Sequence record: PQ671645.1
From: Escherichia phage DCP548
DNA: 64,000 nt
Direction: 5' to 3' (one strand)
In this document: in pieces, positions 40,909 through 49,814 of the stretch
Position numbering within the stretch: position 1 is the stretch's first letter
Layout: each line of letters begins with the position of its first letter
Translations under genes and position numbers: made by a program
Notes under the pieces: model-generated
The model's database searches: none
What the model was told of the DNA's origin: nothing
Seen by the model: only the letters and a program-made list of their open reading frames with translations

Positions 40909-41369
40909 TAATAAAGGTCCTCTGAATAAAGTTCTTTCTCACTTCCGCCACGTTCAATACGTACCTGTCCAGCATACGTTGCAATAATCATTGCTTCTTC
41001 ACGAGTCCAGTAATTAGAGTATTGGTCGATAAAGCCTTGGTCGTCACCACAAACTTGTTGCGAGACTAATTGAGGACCAACTATATCAAGTACTTCAGCC
41101 ATATCTTTAGAGTAATGACGAACTCCAGGAATAACCAGAGTTCCACCACTCTTCAATTTAAACCTATTAGCTGCACATACTATAACACGTTGAACTTTTT
41201 GGTCATTATTCCAATAGCACGTTTGCCAACAGATTTCAGGAACTTCATTCATTATATCATCAGCAGAATAATTATAACCGTAGGACTGGAATTTTTCTGC
41301 TAGACTTTCAGGGGTCTCACGAGACAAGGCCAAATCTAATAGCTCTAAACGTTCTTTAAATGATTTCAT
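40908..41369 (-). CDS. Hypothetical protein
   Basis: 153-aa ORF; start overlaps the upstream stop. Confidence 0.45.
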   Translation of the reverse strand: MKSFKERLELLDLALSRETPESLAEKFQSYGYNYSADDIMNEVPEICWQTCYWNNDQKVQRVIVCAANRFKLKSGGTLVIPGVRHYSKDMAEVLDIVGPQLVSQQVCGDDQGFIDQYSNYWTREEAMIIATYAGQVRIERGGSEKELYSEDLY

Positions 41370-41710
41370 TTAAACCATTCCTTAATACGTTGCCAAATAG
41401 ATTTTTGTGCTTGTTTATTTACACCAATCGAACGAATAACCGGTTGTGACTGCTGATATTCTTTATAATCTTCTTTATAGATTTCGTAAGCGGCATCAAC
41501 AAATGAACTGATCGCTGCCATAAAGTTTTTACGTATACCGCCAGGAGCTACTCCATTAGGGAATTCAGAATTTTCGCGAATAATTAAATATAACCCAGCT
41601 TTAACTTTAACTATAGTTCCAAGATAAGCCCCGTGGTACCAAATATCCCATCCTTCCTGAGTAGGTTCTGCACATTTACGAAGTTCGTTAATAATATTCA
41701 GCTTATTCAT
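41366..41710 (-). CDS. Hypothetical protein
   Basis: 114-aa ORF directly downstream of motA. Confidence 0.45.
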   Translation of the reverse strand: MNKLNIINELRKCAEPTQEGWDIWYHGAYLGTIVKVKAGLYLIIRENSEFPNGVAPGGIRKNFMAAISSFVDAAYEIYKEDYKEYQQSQPVIRSIGVNKQAQKSIWQRIKEWFK

Positions 41711-41720
41711 TATGTATTCC

Positions 41721-42353
41721 TCACAATACGTTAGTTACAAGGGTAATGATTTCTTTGGACACATTAGGGAAGTCAATGTAAGTATATTTACCACCGATCT
41801 TAATCTTAACATCATTTTCAAGAGAAGTAAACAGCTTTGATTCAGTTTCTGACATGTTGTATGCAAAGATTCTAAGAGAACCATCTCGACGAATTTCGAT
41901 CTGACGAATACCTAGAACTCGTTTTGCAAATCGAACTTCCAAGTTACTACGGTTTTCACCGATTTCTTTAACTTCAACTTTATCTTTAATATTTTCAAAA
42001 ACAAAGTTTGCTAGTTCATGCATTTCAGGAGTAACTCCACGTGCTTTTCTGGTGTTACGTTTCTGAAGAAGTTCTGGAGCATTTTCTTGGGCAAAAAGGT
42101 CTGCAGCTTTTTGGATAATATCCATTGCTTCGCCTGTTGCTATAAGTCCATCACCAGATTTTTCGACTAAACCTTTCTTAATCAATACACCAATGTTAGA
42201 GTTAACAACCGATGCATTGTATTCCGCTTCCAGAGCTTCACGGACATTGGCAGCAGTGGTGAAGTTGTTCTTAATGATATAAACCATTATTGCAGCAGTT
42301 TTTTCATTCAGAGCGTTTTCGGAAGCTTTGATGATGTAAGCAACTTTAGACAT
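41721..42353 (-). CDS. motA: MotA middle-transcription activator
   Basis: 210 aa (T4 MotA 211 aa); strong N-terminal match (MSKVAYIIKAS...VVNSNIGVLIKKGLVEKSGDGLI). Confidence 0.9.
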   Translation of the reverse strand: MSKVAYIIKASENALNEKTAAIMVYIIKNNFTTAANVREALEAEYNASVVNSNIGVLIKKGLVEKSGDGLIATGEAMDIIQKAADLFAQENAPELLQKRNTRKARGVTPEMHELANFVFENIKDKVEVKEIGENRSNLEVRFAKRVLGIRQIEIRRDGSLRIFAYNMSETESKLFTSLENDVKIKIGGKYTYIDFPNVSKEIITLVTNVL

Positions 42354-42392
42354 TTTATTTCTCCAATTTGGTTGTTTTGTTTTGATAGGTCT

Positions 42393-42421
42393 ATAATATC
42401 ATGTTTGAAGCACATGTAAAC
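42393..42421 (-). promoter_or_regulatory. T4-type early promoter for motA
   Basis: -35 GTTTAC (plus 42416-42421), 17-bp spacer, -10 TATTAT; preceded on the transcript by the terminator hairpin at 42451-42466. Confidence 0.5.
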
Positions 42422-42446
42422 TGTTTTGTGAGAAAAAAAAATGCAC

Positions 42447-42466
42447 AAAAGGGAGCTTCGGCTCCC
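42447..42466 (-). terminator. Intrinsic terminator after gene 52
   Basis: gggagc-ttcg-gctccc (42451-42466); on the minus transcript it is followed by UUUUGUGCAUUUUUUUUU. Confidence 0.5.
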
Positions 42467-42542
42467 TAATCATGTTTGTCCAACCAATACAGCCAAATCA
42501 CTAGTACAGCTATTGCACCGAGAAATCCTAAGGCTATGGCAC

Positions 42543-43868
42543 TCAAAGTGCCTCCAAGTCTTTAGTGTACTCTGTCACAACATCAGTAGACTTCCAATAC
42601 TCATTTTCTTCTTTCTTAGCTTTAGCTTCTTCCGCTAGTTTACGTGCTTCGTCAGAAGTGATATGGAAGATGTTAAGGCCTACCAGTTTATCGACATGTT
42701 CTTTATACATTTCGATTTGTGCTAGCTCTTCAGTCAAAGCTTTACGAGTCTTGCCCTGAATCACAATTTCGCCACTGATAACTTTTTTGATGAAGTGTGC
42801 CTTAGCAAAAGCCAGTTTAAATGCTTTTTCAGATTCAAGGATTTTGTTGTCAATACGTTTCTGAACGTAAGTCTTACGGACTTCAACAAAATCTTTGATT
42901 AAGTCCACTACATTATCATAGACTGCTAATTTACCCTTTTCATTAATCACTGTGATGTTTTGTGAACGACGTTCGATGAGACTAAAATCTTTCATGATTT
43001 TTTCATGACGTAGCTCTTCATCATCAGGAAGCGAGTACTCTTTACGGAACTTCACCTTAAACCCAAAGCCGTGTTCACCGCAATCATCTTCCCATGAGAT
43101 TAGACCTTTGTCTTCCAACGGGTCAAGAACCTTACTCACATACGTTTCACGGTCAAATTTATATGGGATTTCAGTTATCTGCATTTGAGTGCGAGATGTG
43201 AACTTATATGTTCCGTGAATCTCATAACGCCCATCAACTTCATGTACTTCACCACGGAATTCTGGGAATTCAACTTTTGGCTTAGTAACATTTTTACCTT
43301 GAAGAGCTTGTAATACAGCCTTTTTGACTGATTTAAAACTATGAGGCAGAATATTTGTTGCGTAACCGGTTGCAATACCAGAGACACCATTCAAAAGAAC
43401 TGTCGGAATAATAGGAAGATAGAATTTTGGTGGAATGTGTTCTTTATCTTCATGAGCTGGAGCATATTCAGTATCTTTATATACGTTATAGAAATTTTTA
43501 CTTACACGAGCAAAAATATAACGAGATGCTGCAGCTTTTTGGACTGTTCTAGAACCAAAGTTGCCTTGGCCATCTAACAGTGGATAGTTGTTGTTCCATG
43601 TGTTAGCCATCAATGCACCTGCATCTTGTGCAGAGATTTCACCATGGTGATAACCTAAATCTGCAACACCGCCTGCAATTGACGCAAGTTTATGAAATTT
43701 TTCTTTATTACCACGAGCCAAATCTAACGCACGATGAACCACAAAACGTTGAACCGGCTTAAATCCATCAATCATGTTTGGGATTGCACGGTTTTCAACG
43801 GTGTACATCGCATATGCTAAGGCTTCGTTATCAATAATACTTTTTAGATTACGAGAATTCAATTGCAT
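42543..43868 (-). CDS. 52: DNA topoisomerase II medium subunit gp52 (GyrA-like)
   Basis: 441 aa (T4 gp52 442 aa); GyrA-type features (AIPNMIDGFKPVQR) with an active-site Tyr region. Confidence 0.9.
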   Translation of the reverse strand: MQLNSRNLKSIIDNEALAYAMYTVENRAIPNMIDGFKPVQRFVVHRALDLARGNKEKFHKLASIAGGVADLGYHHGEISAQDAGALMANTWNNNYPLLDGQGNFGSRTVQKAAASRYIFARVSKNFYNVYKDTEYAPAHEDKEHIPPKFYLPIIPTVLLNGVSGIATGYATNILPHSFKSVKKAVLQALQGKNVTKPKVEFPEFRGEVHEVDGRYEIHGTYKFTSRTQMQITEIPYKFDRETYVSKVLDPLEDKGLISWEDDCGEHGFGFKVKFRKEYSLPDDEELRHEKIMKDFSLIERRSQNITVINEKGKLAVYDNVVDLIKDFVEVRKTYVQKRIDNKILESEKAFKLAFAKAHFIKKVISGEIVIQGKTRKALTEELAQIEMYKEHVDKLVGLNIFHITSDEARKLAEEAKAKKEENEYWKSTDVVTEYTKDLEAL

Positions 43869-43872
43869 ATTT

Positions 43873-44013
43873 TCACCATATTAATGAACGAATAACCATT
43901 ATAACATCTGAAATGAAAAGCACTACTTGGATTAGCCCAAACATCACACCGTAGTACAGAACCGTAAGCAAAAACAAGAGCCCGAAGGCTCCTGCTAAGA
44001 TTTTCTTAATCAT
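43873..44013 (-). CDS. Small hydrophobic membrane protein (46 aa), not in the ORF track
   Basis: Hand translation MIKKILAGAFGLLFLLTVLYYGVMFGLIQVVLFISDVIMVIRSLIW; its ATG overlaps the stop of the next small ORF (ATGA). Confidence 0.35.
   Translation of the reverse strand: MIKKILAGAFGLLFLLTVLYYGVMFGLIQVVLFISDVIMVIRSLIW
43898..43922 (-). promoter_or_regulatory. Candidate MotA-dependent middle promoter for gene 52
   Basis: Minus strand reads TGCTTTTCA (MotA-box-like), 12 nt, then TATAAT, ending about 30 nt upstream of the gene 52 ATG. Confidence 0.35.
43974..43991 (-). terminator. CGAA-loop hairpin inside the small membrane ORF 43873..44013
   Basis: gagcc-cgaa-ggctc (43978-43991) with a U-rich tail on the minus transcript; embedded in coding sequence, so function is uncertain. 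Confidence 0.25.
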
Positions 44014-44159
44014 TGCTCGCCTTTTAATACGTTAAGAAGAGCTAAGACCGCTAAGGTACCTTGTGACACAGCCTGTTGAAATACTGTTGTTTCGCCTGTA
44101 ACTAAAGTGTTAACGAATAAAAACGACCAACACAGCAATGCAATAATCCATGCTACCAT
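44010..44159 (-). CDS. Small hydrophobic membrane protein (49 aa), not in the ORF track
   Basis: Hand translation MVAWIIALLCWSFLFVNTLVTGETTVFQQAVSQGTLAVLALLNVLKGEQ; lies between ndd and 52, where T4 carries small membrane-peptide genes. Confidence 0.35.
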   Translation of the reverse strand: MVAWIIALLCWSFLFVNTLVTGETTVFQQAVSQGTLAVLALLNVLKGEQ

Positions 44160-44211
44160 TTTAATTACCTCAAAAATAAATTAAAGGCCTAACTTAATAG
44201 GCCCGTATAAA

Positions 44212-44658
44212 TTAGTAACTCTGCAGAACGAATTTGAAATTATCTGCCAGAAGACGGTTCATTTCAGTGAGTGTTTGATATTCTGATGTATGATTGCGAG
44301 TGAATGCCAGAGCCAATTGTCCTTTACCATAACCAGTAGTCAGGGGTTTCATGTTCTTAGCTGCAACAAAGATTACATCATATTCAATATTGTTAGTGCC
44401 CATAGTACGGGCTAGTTGCGAACGGCCTTGACGAATGTGAGAAAGAATTGCATCCAACCCTTGTTTAGAACGTTGACGTCCTACAAAGAATCGTGCTGCT
44501 ACTTGTCGCCAGTCAGATGAACCTTTAACAAAGAAGTAAAAACCTTCACGAGAACGAAACTCTTTAGAAACTTCAGAACCGTATTCGCCATTACGAACTA
44601 CTGCAACAACTTCACCGCCAACTGCCAGAAGGTCTTTACGAGTTAAATATTTGGACAT
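44212..44658 (-). CDS. ndd: Nucleoid disruption protein (Ndd), positional call
   Basis: 148 aa (T4 Ndd about 151 aa); position between denB and 52; basic protein. Confidence 0.5.
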   Translation of the reverse strand: MSKYLTRKDLLAVGGEVVAVVRNGEYGSEVSKEFRSREGFYFFVKGSSDWRQVAARFFVGRQRSKQGLDAILSHIRQGRSQLARTMGTNNIEYDVIFVAAKNMKPLTTGYGKGQLALAFTRNHTSEYQTLTEMNRLLADNFKFVLQSY

Positions 44659-44702
44659 GCTAATTTCCTCAATTGATTAATGTTTTTGTAATCCATGAGA
44701 GC

Positions 44703-44732
44703 ATTATACTCTGCTCTCAAGAGTTTGTACAA
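44703..44732 (-). promoter_or_regulatory. T4-type early promoter in a stem-loop cassette upstream of ndd
   Basis: -35 TTGTAC variant (plus 44727-44732), 18-bp spacer, -10 TATAAT; inverted repeat gagagca/tgctctc; near-identical to 16541-16575. Confidence 0.45.
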
Positions 44733-44734
44733 TT

Positions 44735-44935
44735 TTATTCGGCTATATCAGAACGTTCAAAAAGCTCTTCAATAGTTAAACATTCAGTGTCATCTTCAAT
44801 AAAGAATCGAGTCCAACACGTTGGGGCGATACAGTTATGAGTTTGTCCGGCGATAGAAGCTACACGAATAAGCTGCTGACCATTATTCAGAACAAATTTT
44901 TCACCAATTTCAACATCTTTAAAAAGCTTAGCCAT
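44735..44935 (-). CDS. Hypothetical small protein
   Basis: 66-aa ORF with early promoter cassette 44964-44993 upstream. Confidence 0.4.
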   Translation of the reverse strand: MAKLFKDVEIGEKFVLNNGQQLIRVASIAGQTHNCIAPTCWTRFFIEDDTECLTIEELFERSDIAE

Positions 44936-44963
44936 TTTGTGTTCCTCATGTTTCAGTAGGACT

Positions 44964-44993
44964 ACTATACCATAATCCTACCGTGATGTAAAC
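44964..44993 (-). promoter_or_regulatory. T4-type early promoter in a stem-loop cassette upstream of ORF 44735..44935
   Basis: -35 GTTTAC (plus 44988-44993), 18-bp spacer, -10 TATAGT; inverted repeat gtagga/tcctac brackets the -10. Confidence 0.45.
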
Positions 44994-44995
44994 AA

Positions 44996-45106
44996 TTAAA
45001 TTACATTAAAATATGTTAAAGCCAACCATGTTCCAGTGAACGAACATGCGATGTAAAACCCCGTATCACAAATTGTTCTTAGTACAATAAGAAGTGCATT
45101 TTTCAT
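44996..45106 (-). CDS. Small hydrophobic peptide (36 aa), not in the ORF track
   Basis: Hand translation MKNALLIVLRTICDTGFYIACSFTGTWLALTYFNVI; its ATG overlaps the stop of the upstream small ORF (ATGA). Confidence 0.3.
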   Translation of the reverse strand: MKNALLIVLRTICDTGFYIACSFTGTWLALTYFNVI

Positions 45107-45189
45107 AAGTACCTCAATACAATTGAAAATATTATACAAATCATAGGGATACTAAGCAACCATATTCCGATCCACATTTTAGAGCTCAT
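45103..45189 (-). CDS. Small hydrophobic peptide (28 aa), not in the ORF track
   Basis: Hand translation MSSKMWIGIWLLSIPMICIIFSIVLRYL; its ATG overlaps the stop of ORF 45186..45449 (ATGA). Confidence 0.3.
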   Translation of the reverse strand: MSSKMWIGIWLLSIPMICIIFSIVLRYL

Positions 45190-45449
45190 ATCTCAACTTC
45201 CGCGAGTTCCATATATCCTTTGTTGATAACCTCTTTAAGGTCTTTAGAAAGAATAACACTAAAATGGTCGTTCATATGTCCATTAACCAGACGAGTTATT
45301 TCGGCTTCAGATGACATATAAGGCACGTCTGAGTCCCAATGAGATAGACCCAAATGGGTATAAATCATCCCTTCGTCATCTGCAGTGTTGTACATTGAAA
45401 CAAATTCGCCTGTTACTTTATGTTTTGCGTAGAAAAATTTAAATTTCAT
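45186..45449 (-). CDS. Hypothetical protein
   Basis: 87-aa ORF with early promoter cassette 45476-45505 upstream. Confidence 0.45.
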   Translation of the reverse strand: MKFKFFYAKHKVTGEFVSMYNTADDEGMIYTHLGLSHWDSDVPYMSSEAEITRLVNGHMNDHFSVILSKDLKEVINKGYMELAEVEI

Positions 45450-45475
45450 GATGTTATCCTCTTTTAGATAGGACT

Positions 45476-45505
45476 ACTATATCATAGTCCTACTTAGTTG
45501 TAAAC
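45476..45505 (-). promoter_or_regulatory. T4-type early promoter in a stem-loop cassette upstream of ORF 45186..45449
   Basis: -35 GTTTAC (plus 45500-45505), 18-bp spacer, -10 TATAGT; inverted repeat taggact/agtccta (45469-45492). Confidence 0.45.
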
Positions 45506-45517
45506 ACTTTTATGAAA

Positions 45518-46075
45518 TTAAAGTTGAAGATACCACCCGTTGTAGTTGCTCTTGCGGACGATTTTCTTTAGGTCTTCATGGTCTCCCACGAACTTTATAG
45601 AATAAGAGAAGACGTCAGGTGAGGTTTCTTTGACATCTAATATAATAATGCAATCTGCGACTCGATGGTTCAAGAAGGGCCCTATGTTGATTCCGTTGCC
45701 GCCTGGATAATCACCACTGTATCCTGTGGTAACAGAAATCCATTTAGAATCCATCTGATGTGTCTTGACTTCTACACGAATTCCACAATATTTGGGATGG
45801 GCCAACACGTCCCATGCATACGTGTACGGGTCTTCTACATCTTCAATACCTTTATTAACATATCCGTCTAGCCAATTTGCTACTACATACTCTGCAAAGA
45901 CTGCAACCTTACAACGTCGAACTACATCTTCTTTGTTTTGGTCTGGATTTTGGCTCAACGAATATCGAGCAGTGTCAGCAATCTTCACCTTCATTTCACT
46001 AGTCAAAAACTCATTCGACAGGATAAATGTCGGAAGACTCTTCAGTCTCAACAATCCCAAGTTCGTCTTTACCAT
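45518..46075 (-). CDS. denB: Endonuclease IV-like (DenB), positional call
   Basis: Track ORF 45518..46138 trimmed to Met MVKTNLG (start codon 46073-46075), giving 185 aa, the size of T4 DenB; start choice is uncertain. Confidence 0.4.
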   Translation of the reverse strand: MVKTNLGLLRLKSLPTFILSNEFLTSEMKVKIADTARYSLSQNPDQNKEDVVRRCKVAVFAEYVVANWLDGYVNKGIEDVEDPYTYAWDVLAHPKYCGIRVEVKTHQMDSKWISVTTGYSGDYPGGNGINIGPFLNHRVADCIIILDVKETSPDVFSYSIKFVGDHEDLKKIVRKSNYNGWYLQL

Positions 46076-46349
46076 AGATACCTCTGATGTGTAGTTCGCC
46101 AAAATAAATGCGGTCACCTTCTTCAAGATATTCAGCATCTACAGGTGGAATTTCATTAACAACTTCGTCGCATTCTAACCAGCCATAGTGTGCATCACCT
46201 GGGTGTTTTACCAATTTAGCACAATAAACCGATTTACACTTATGATGACCACGAAGATTAGCAATTTTGGATTCTGATACGTCAAATGGATGAATCATAA
46301 TTACCCCTAAAGAAAAAGGGGACCGAAGTCCCCAATTATTATTCTGCAA
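46011..46349 (-). CDS. Hypothetical protein (between rIIB and denB)
   Basis: 112-aa ORF; overlaps the proposed denB start by about 65 nt, so one boundary is probably wrong. Confidence 0.3.
   Translation of the reverse strand: MQNNNWGLRSPFSLGVIMIHPFDVSESKIANLRGHHKCKSVYCAKLVKHPGDAHYGWLECDEVVNEIPPVDAEYLEEGDRIYFGELHIRGIYGKDELGIVETEESSDIYPVE
46313..46333 (-). terminator. Intrinsic terminator after rIIB
   Basis: ggggac-cgaa-gtcccc (46318-46333) followed on the minus transcript by UUUUUCUUU; 6 nt after the rIIB stop. Confidence 0.55.
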
Positions 46350-47286
46350 ATAATTCAGTAACGTCTGAAATTACTTCATAACGACAAGTACGCATCTTAG
46401 CATCGCCATAGTCAACTGGGATGGACACAACATCACGTGGATGAACTTTAACCTTAACAACTTTATCTGAGCTAGAACCAAAGTAACGAATATACGATTT
46501 AGCGCAAACATGTAGACCACGGGAGCAGGTTTGTGTATCATCATCGTTAACACGAGTACGAGGCATTGAAACAACTTTACCTGGTGAGTTATCAAATGTA
46601 CCGCTATAGCAATCTAAATAATCTTTACGAACTACTTTCCACGCGTAGAAATGCCCATCTTCAGTGATTTCAATATCATTTGCAACCAAGAAGTCGAATA
46701 AACGTTGTACAGCTTTTTCGCTTGGGTTTTCTAACAGGTTTTCAAGGAACGGTAGATAGAATTTAAAGTCTTCGCCTTTTTCCATAGAATCAATAATACG
46801 ATTAACCAGACCAGAACGAATCTCTATACCTTGATAAAATAAACTACCACCTTCAATAACAACATTACCGTCAACAAACTTACTAATAGCTTTCTTGATG
46901 TTAATAAGTTCGACAGCTTTACTAAGGTTTCCTGCGACCAGATTAGCTTTAATTTCTTCAAAATTTGCATGACTTGATGGAGTCGCATTGTATGCTACGC
47001 GTCCTTCAATAATTGAAATAAATTTAGATGACGCGTTCCATACGATTTCAGGACGATGTCCGCCGATAATAGGTTCATCATTTTCTGGAACTTCTTCGAT
47101 TACATAAGAGGCATCGTTTGCTTCAGGGACAACGCCTTCTGCTTTAAAATTCTTAACAATCTTACGAAGAGTATCTGTTGAAATGTCGAAGTAATCGGCA
47201 ATTTCTTTACGAGTCCATTTGCCTGATTCAACCAGGCCGTAAGCTTCTAACTGTTCTTCTTGGGATAAGCATTTGATATTGTACAT
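46339..47286 (-). CDS. rIIB: rIIB membrane-associated protein
   Basis: 315 aa (T4 rIIB 312 aa); near-identical N-terminus MYNIKCL and C-terminal half (DGNVVIEGGSLFYQ...VNDDDTQTCSRGLHVC...VHPRDVVSIP). Confidence 0.95.
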   Translation of the reverse strand: MYNIKCLSQEEQLEAYGLVESGKWTRKEIADYFDISTDTLRKIVKNFKAEGVVPEANDASYVIEEVPENDEPIIGGHRPEIVWNASSKFISIIEGRVAYNATPSSHANFEEIKANLVAGNLSKAVELINIKKAISKFVDGNVVIEGGSLFYQGIEIRSGLVNRIIDSMEKGEDFKFYLPFLENLLENPSEKAVQRLFDFLVANDIEITEDGHFYAWKVVRKDYLDCYSGTFDNSPGKVVSMPRTRVNDDDTQTCSRGLHVCAKSYIRYFGSSSDKVVKVKVHPRDVVSIPVDYGDAKMRTCRYEVISDVTELFAE

Positions 47287-47295
47287 AATGTTTCC

Positions 47296-49509
47296 TTATT
47301 TGGCCGCTTCCACGGCCTTCATGAATTTAACGATTTGAGCGACCTGTTCTTTGGAAAGAGTACCACGTCGTCCCATGTATTCTGACACAATATGATAATT
47401 GGTTTCGAATTCAATAACCATTTTATCATCATTATCGTAAGCATTATCTTTAAGCTTATCGAAAATTTTAGCACACAATTCTAACTTCTTATTCAGGTCT
47501 GTATTAGTAGCACCTGCGAATCGATTCCATCCCCAACGATTATTTACTGTTGAGAGTTTTGCAAAATCTTTACTGATTTCTTTGTTTTTAGAGCTAAAAT
47601 ACTTACTAAGGAAGTTAAGCTCTTCATTACGAGTAATATGATTCAAATAAGGCTGTGCTCTACGACTTGGTGATACATACTCATCATAATCCACTTTATC
47701 GATTAGCGTAATATAGTCATTAATTGATTTTTCGAACAAGCATTCTACTTCACCAAGTTTACGAACTTTCTTAGCAATCTGTGGACGAACTACAGTGAAC
47801 TCTTTAATACCTGACAAATCAGCAATACGGGTCAAGAAATTGGAGTCATAGTTCAACCAACCTTTATCTGCGTCAAGACATTCGGCATTAGAACGATTAC
47901 GAACTATAGCATAACCTTGGATTTCATCTGCTTCACTTGCCGGAATAAAGAGGTCTTCTGATACCCAAACATCGTTTTCATTCTTAAAGAATCGATGAGC
48001 ACTCGGGGATTTAGGACGAGGCTCATTAGTCCGTTTCCTGACTTCAATCCATGGCTTAACGATTTGTAAAAGCTCTGAAGTCTTGTACATGTTAATGTTG
48101 TCGCCATCAAAGATAACTTTAAGGCGTTCCAGAAGTTTCATTGCATCTTCGTCTGTAGGGTCAACGAATAGTACGCTTTTACCAAAACCGCGTGGAACTT
48201 TACCGGATAATTTAACCTCGTCTTTAGACATTTCAATTGAATTAAGAGCTCGCATTAATGGAACGCGTCCCTTAACATCGTCAATAACAATTTCAACGTT
48301 TTTAATGTTAATGCCAATCAGGCTGTTAATTGAAATGGTTGATGATGAGCTACCACTTTCACGAATACGACGAAGACGAGGGGATTCAACGATATCGTAT
48401 ACGACACCAAGATTACACCACTCAGGTCCCATTTTAAAACGTTTGTACAACTCAGAATAAGTTAGTTGTTCTTTAGAGTATTTCAGTGATTCAATATTAG
48501 ACCCGGCCTTTTCCATGTATTTACGAGCGGTATAACCAAGAGAATCAATTTCGCGGAACACATGTCGTGGGTATTTACAATCAATCCATTTCTTAGAATC
48601 TTCAGCGAACAATTTAGAATCGATTTCTGCAACGCGTTTATGGATATTTGCTACTGTACGTTTATCAAATGACAATGCTTCGCGAGACGGAGCAACATCT
48701 AGTTCACCCATTGGGAATTTAATATAAGCTGTAGTGCATCGTGTCATCATCCATGTTTGTTCTTTAATAACACTTCCGATTGGATATACAATACCGCCAT
48801 AAACAGCCATGATATTACCACGTTCACCCCATGGAGCTTCCTTGGCCAAATATACATCATCAAATTCTGGGAAGTATTTAATATCTTTAACACCACGAAC
48901 TTCTGCAATATCACCTAGAGGACGCATAACATATGCAATTTCGGATGCAAACTTTTCAAAATCTTCCGGGTTAACCGGTACAACTACTTCTACACCCGTA
49001 CGGTCATCAGGACCCATCTTATCTACAAAGGTCGGCTTAATCTGTGGACCTGTGTCATCTTGGTAGATTACGTAACCACGAACTTCACCATTATGATAAG
49101 ACGTAAGGTTAAACGTATCAGTATATGCTAATGGAGCTTTAGAGCCGAGTCCGAATCCACCAATGAAATCGTTACTCGATGTTTTAGTTGAAGCAAAATA
49201 TGAGTTATAAATTCCTGGCTCTTCGTCATTACCACGAATAGTGAAATCACTCATACCAGGTCCAAAATCACGAACTACAAAACGTGGGTCTAAACGACCT
49301 GGAGCCTGAACAATAAACTTATCAGTGCAACCATTAAGAATTTGCCCATCAATACAGTTTGTGATTAATTCACGTACACAAGCCAATTCTTTGTTTGTAT
49401 AAAGGTCATTAGACAAAATCTTATAAACTTTGCTATTGCCTTGAATAGTAAATGCTGTGCTCTTACCGCCTGAACCAATAATCGTTTCTTTAGCCGTTTC
49501 AATAATCAT
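47296..49509 (-). CDS. rIIA: rIIA membrane-associated protein
   Basis: 737 aa (T4 rIIA 725 aa); GHKL ATPase-like N-terminal region; immediately upstream of rIIB. Confidence 0.9.
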   Translation of the reverse strand: MIIETAKETIIGSGGKSTAFTIQGNSKVYKILSNDLYTNKELACVRELITNCIDGQILNGCTDKFIVQAPGRLDPRFVVRDFGPGMSDFTIRGNDEEPGIYNSYFASTKTSSNDFIGGFGLGSKAPLAYTDTFNLTSYHNGEVRGYVIYQDDTGPQIKPTFVDKMGPDDRTGVEVVVPVNPEDFEKFASEIAYVMRPLGDIAEVRGVKDIKYFPEFDDVYLAKEAPWGERGNIMAVYGGIVYPIGSVIKEQTWMMTRCTTAYIKFPMGELDVAPSREALSFDKRTVANIHKRVAEIDSKLFAEDSKKWIDCKYPRHVFREIDSLGYTARKYMEKAGSNIESLKYSKEQLTYSELYKRFKMGPEWCNLGVVYDIVESPRLRRIRESGSSSSTISINSLIGINIKNVEIVIDDVKGRVPLMRALNSIEMSKDEVKLSGKVPRGFGKSVLFVDPTDEDAMKLLERLKVIFDGDNINMYKTSELLQIVKPWIEVRKRTNEPRPKSPSAHRFFKNENDVWVSEDLFIPASEADEIQGYAIVRNRSNAECLDADKGWLNYDSNFLTRIADLSGIKEFTVVRPQIAKKVRKLGEVECLFEKSINDYITLIDKVDYDEYVSPSRRAQPYLNHITRNEELNFLSKYFSSKNKEISKDFAKLSTVNNRWGWNRFAGATNTDLNKKLELCAKIFDKLKDNAYDNDDKMVIEFETNYHIVSEYMGRRGTLSKEQVAQIVKFMKAVEAAK

Positions 49510-49521
49510 ATTTTTCTCTCA

Positions 49522-49722
49522 TCACAAGTTACGTTTAAAAATTTCTGCTACTTCAAGAAGTTCTTCTTTAGTAGCTGTATCGGTTTGTATTTTATATCGA
49601 ATTTCTTTAAAGCGTTCTTTAAAGGACTCTGCTGACTCGATATCAAAAAATCTTTGGATAAGCCGGAATTCCCGGAGTACAGCTTTATCAAAAAGTTCCA
49701 AGTCCACGTTATATGTTCTCAT
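49522..49722 (-). CDS. Hypothetical small protein (rIIA.1 position)
   Basis: 66-aa ORF directly upstream of rIIA. Confidence 0.45.
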   Translation of the reverse strand: MRTYNVDLELFDKAVLREFRLIQRFFDIESAESFKERFKEIRYKIQTDTATKEELLEVAEIFKRNL

Positions 49723-49814
49723 AATATTCTCTTCAGTAGATTCCTAGGGCACTATTACTAAAGACCATATAATCTATCATCTTATGTGTAATAGTGCCTC
49801 AGGCTATTCAGGAT

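Noticed and set aside
42441-42638. Plus-strand 65-aa ORF starting in the motA-52 intergenic region
   Set aside because: It begins within the poly-A/terminator hairpin and runs antisense into the 3' end of gene 52; no Shine-Dalgarno.
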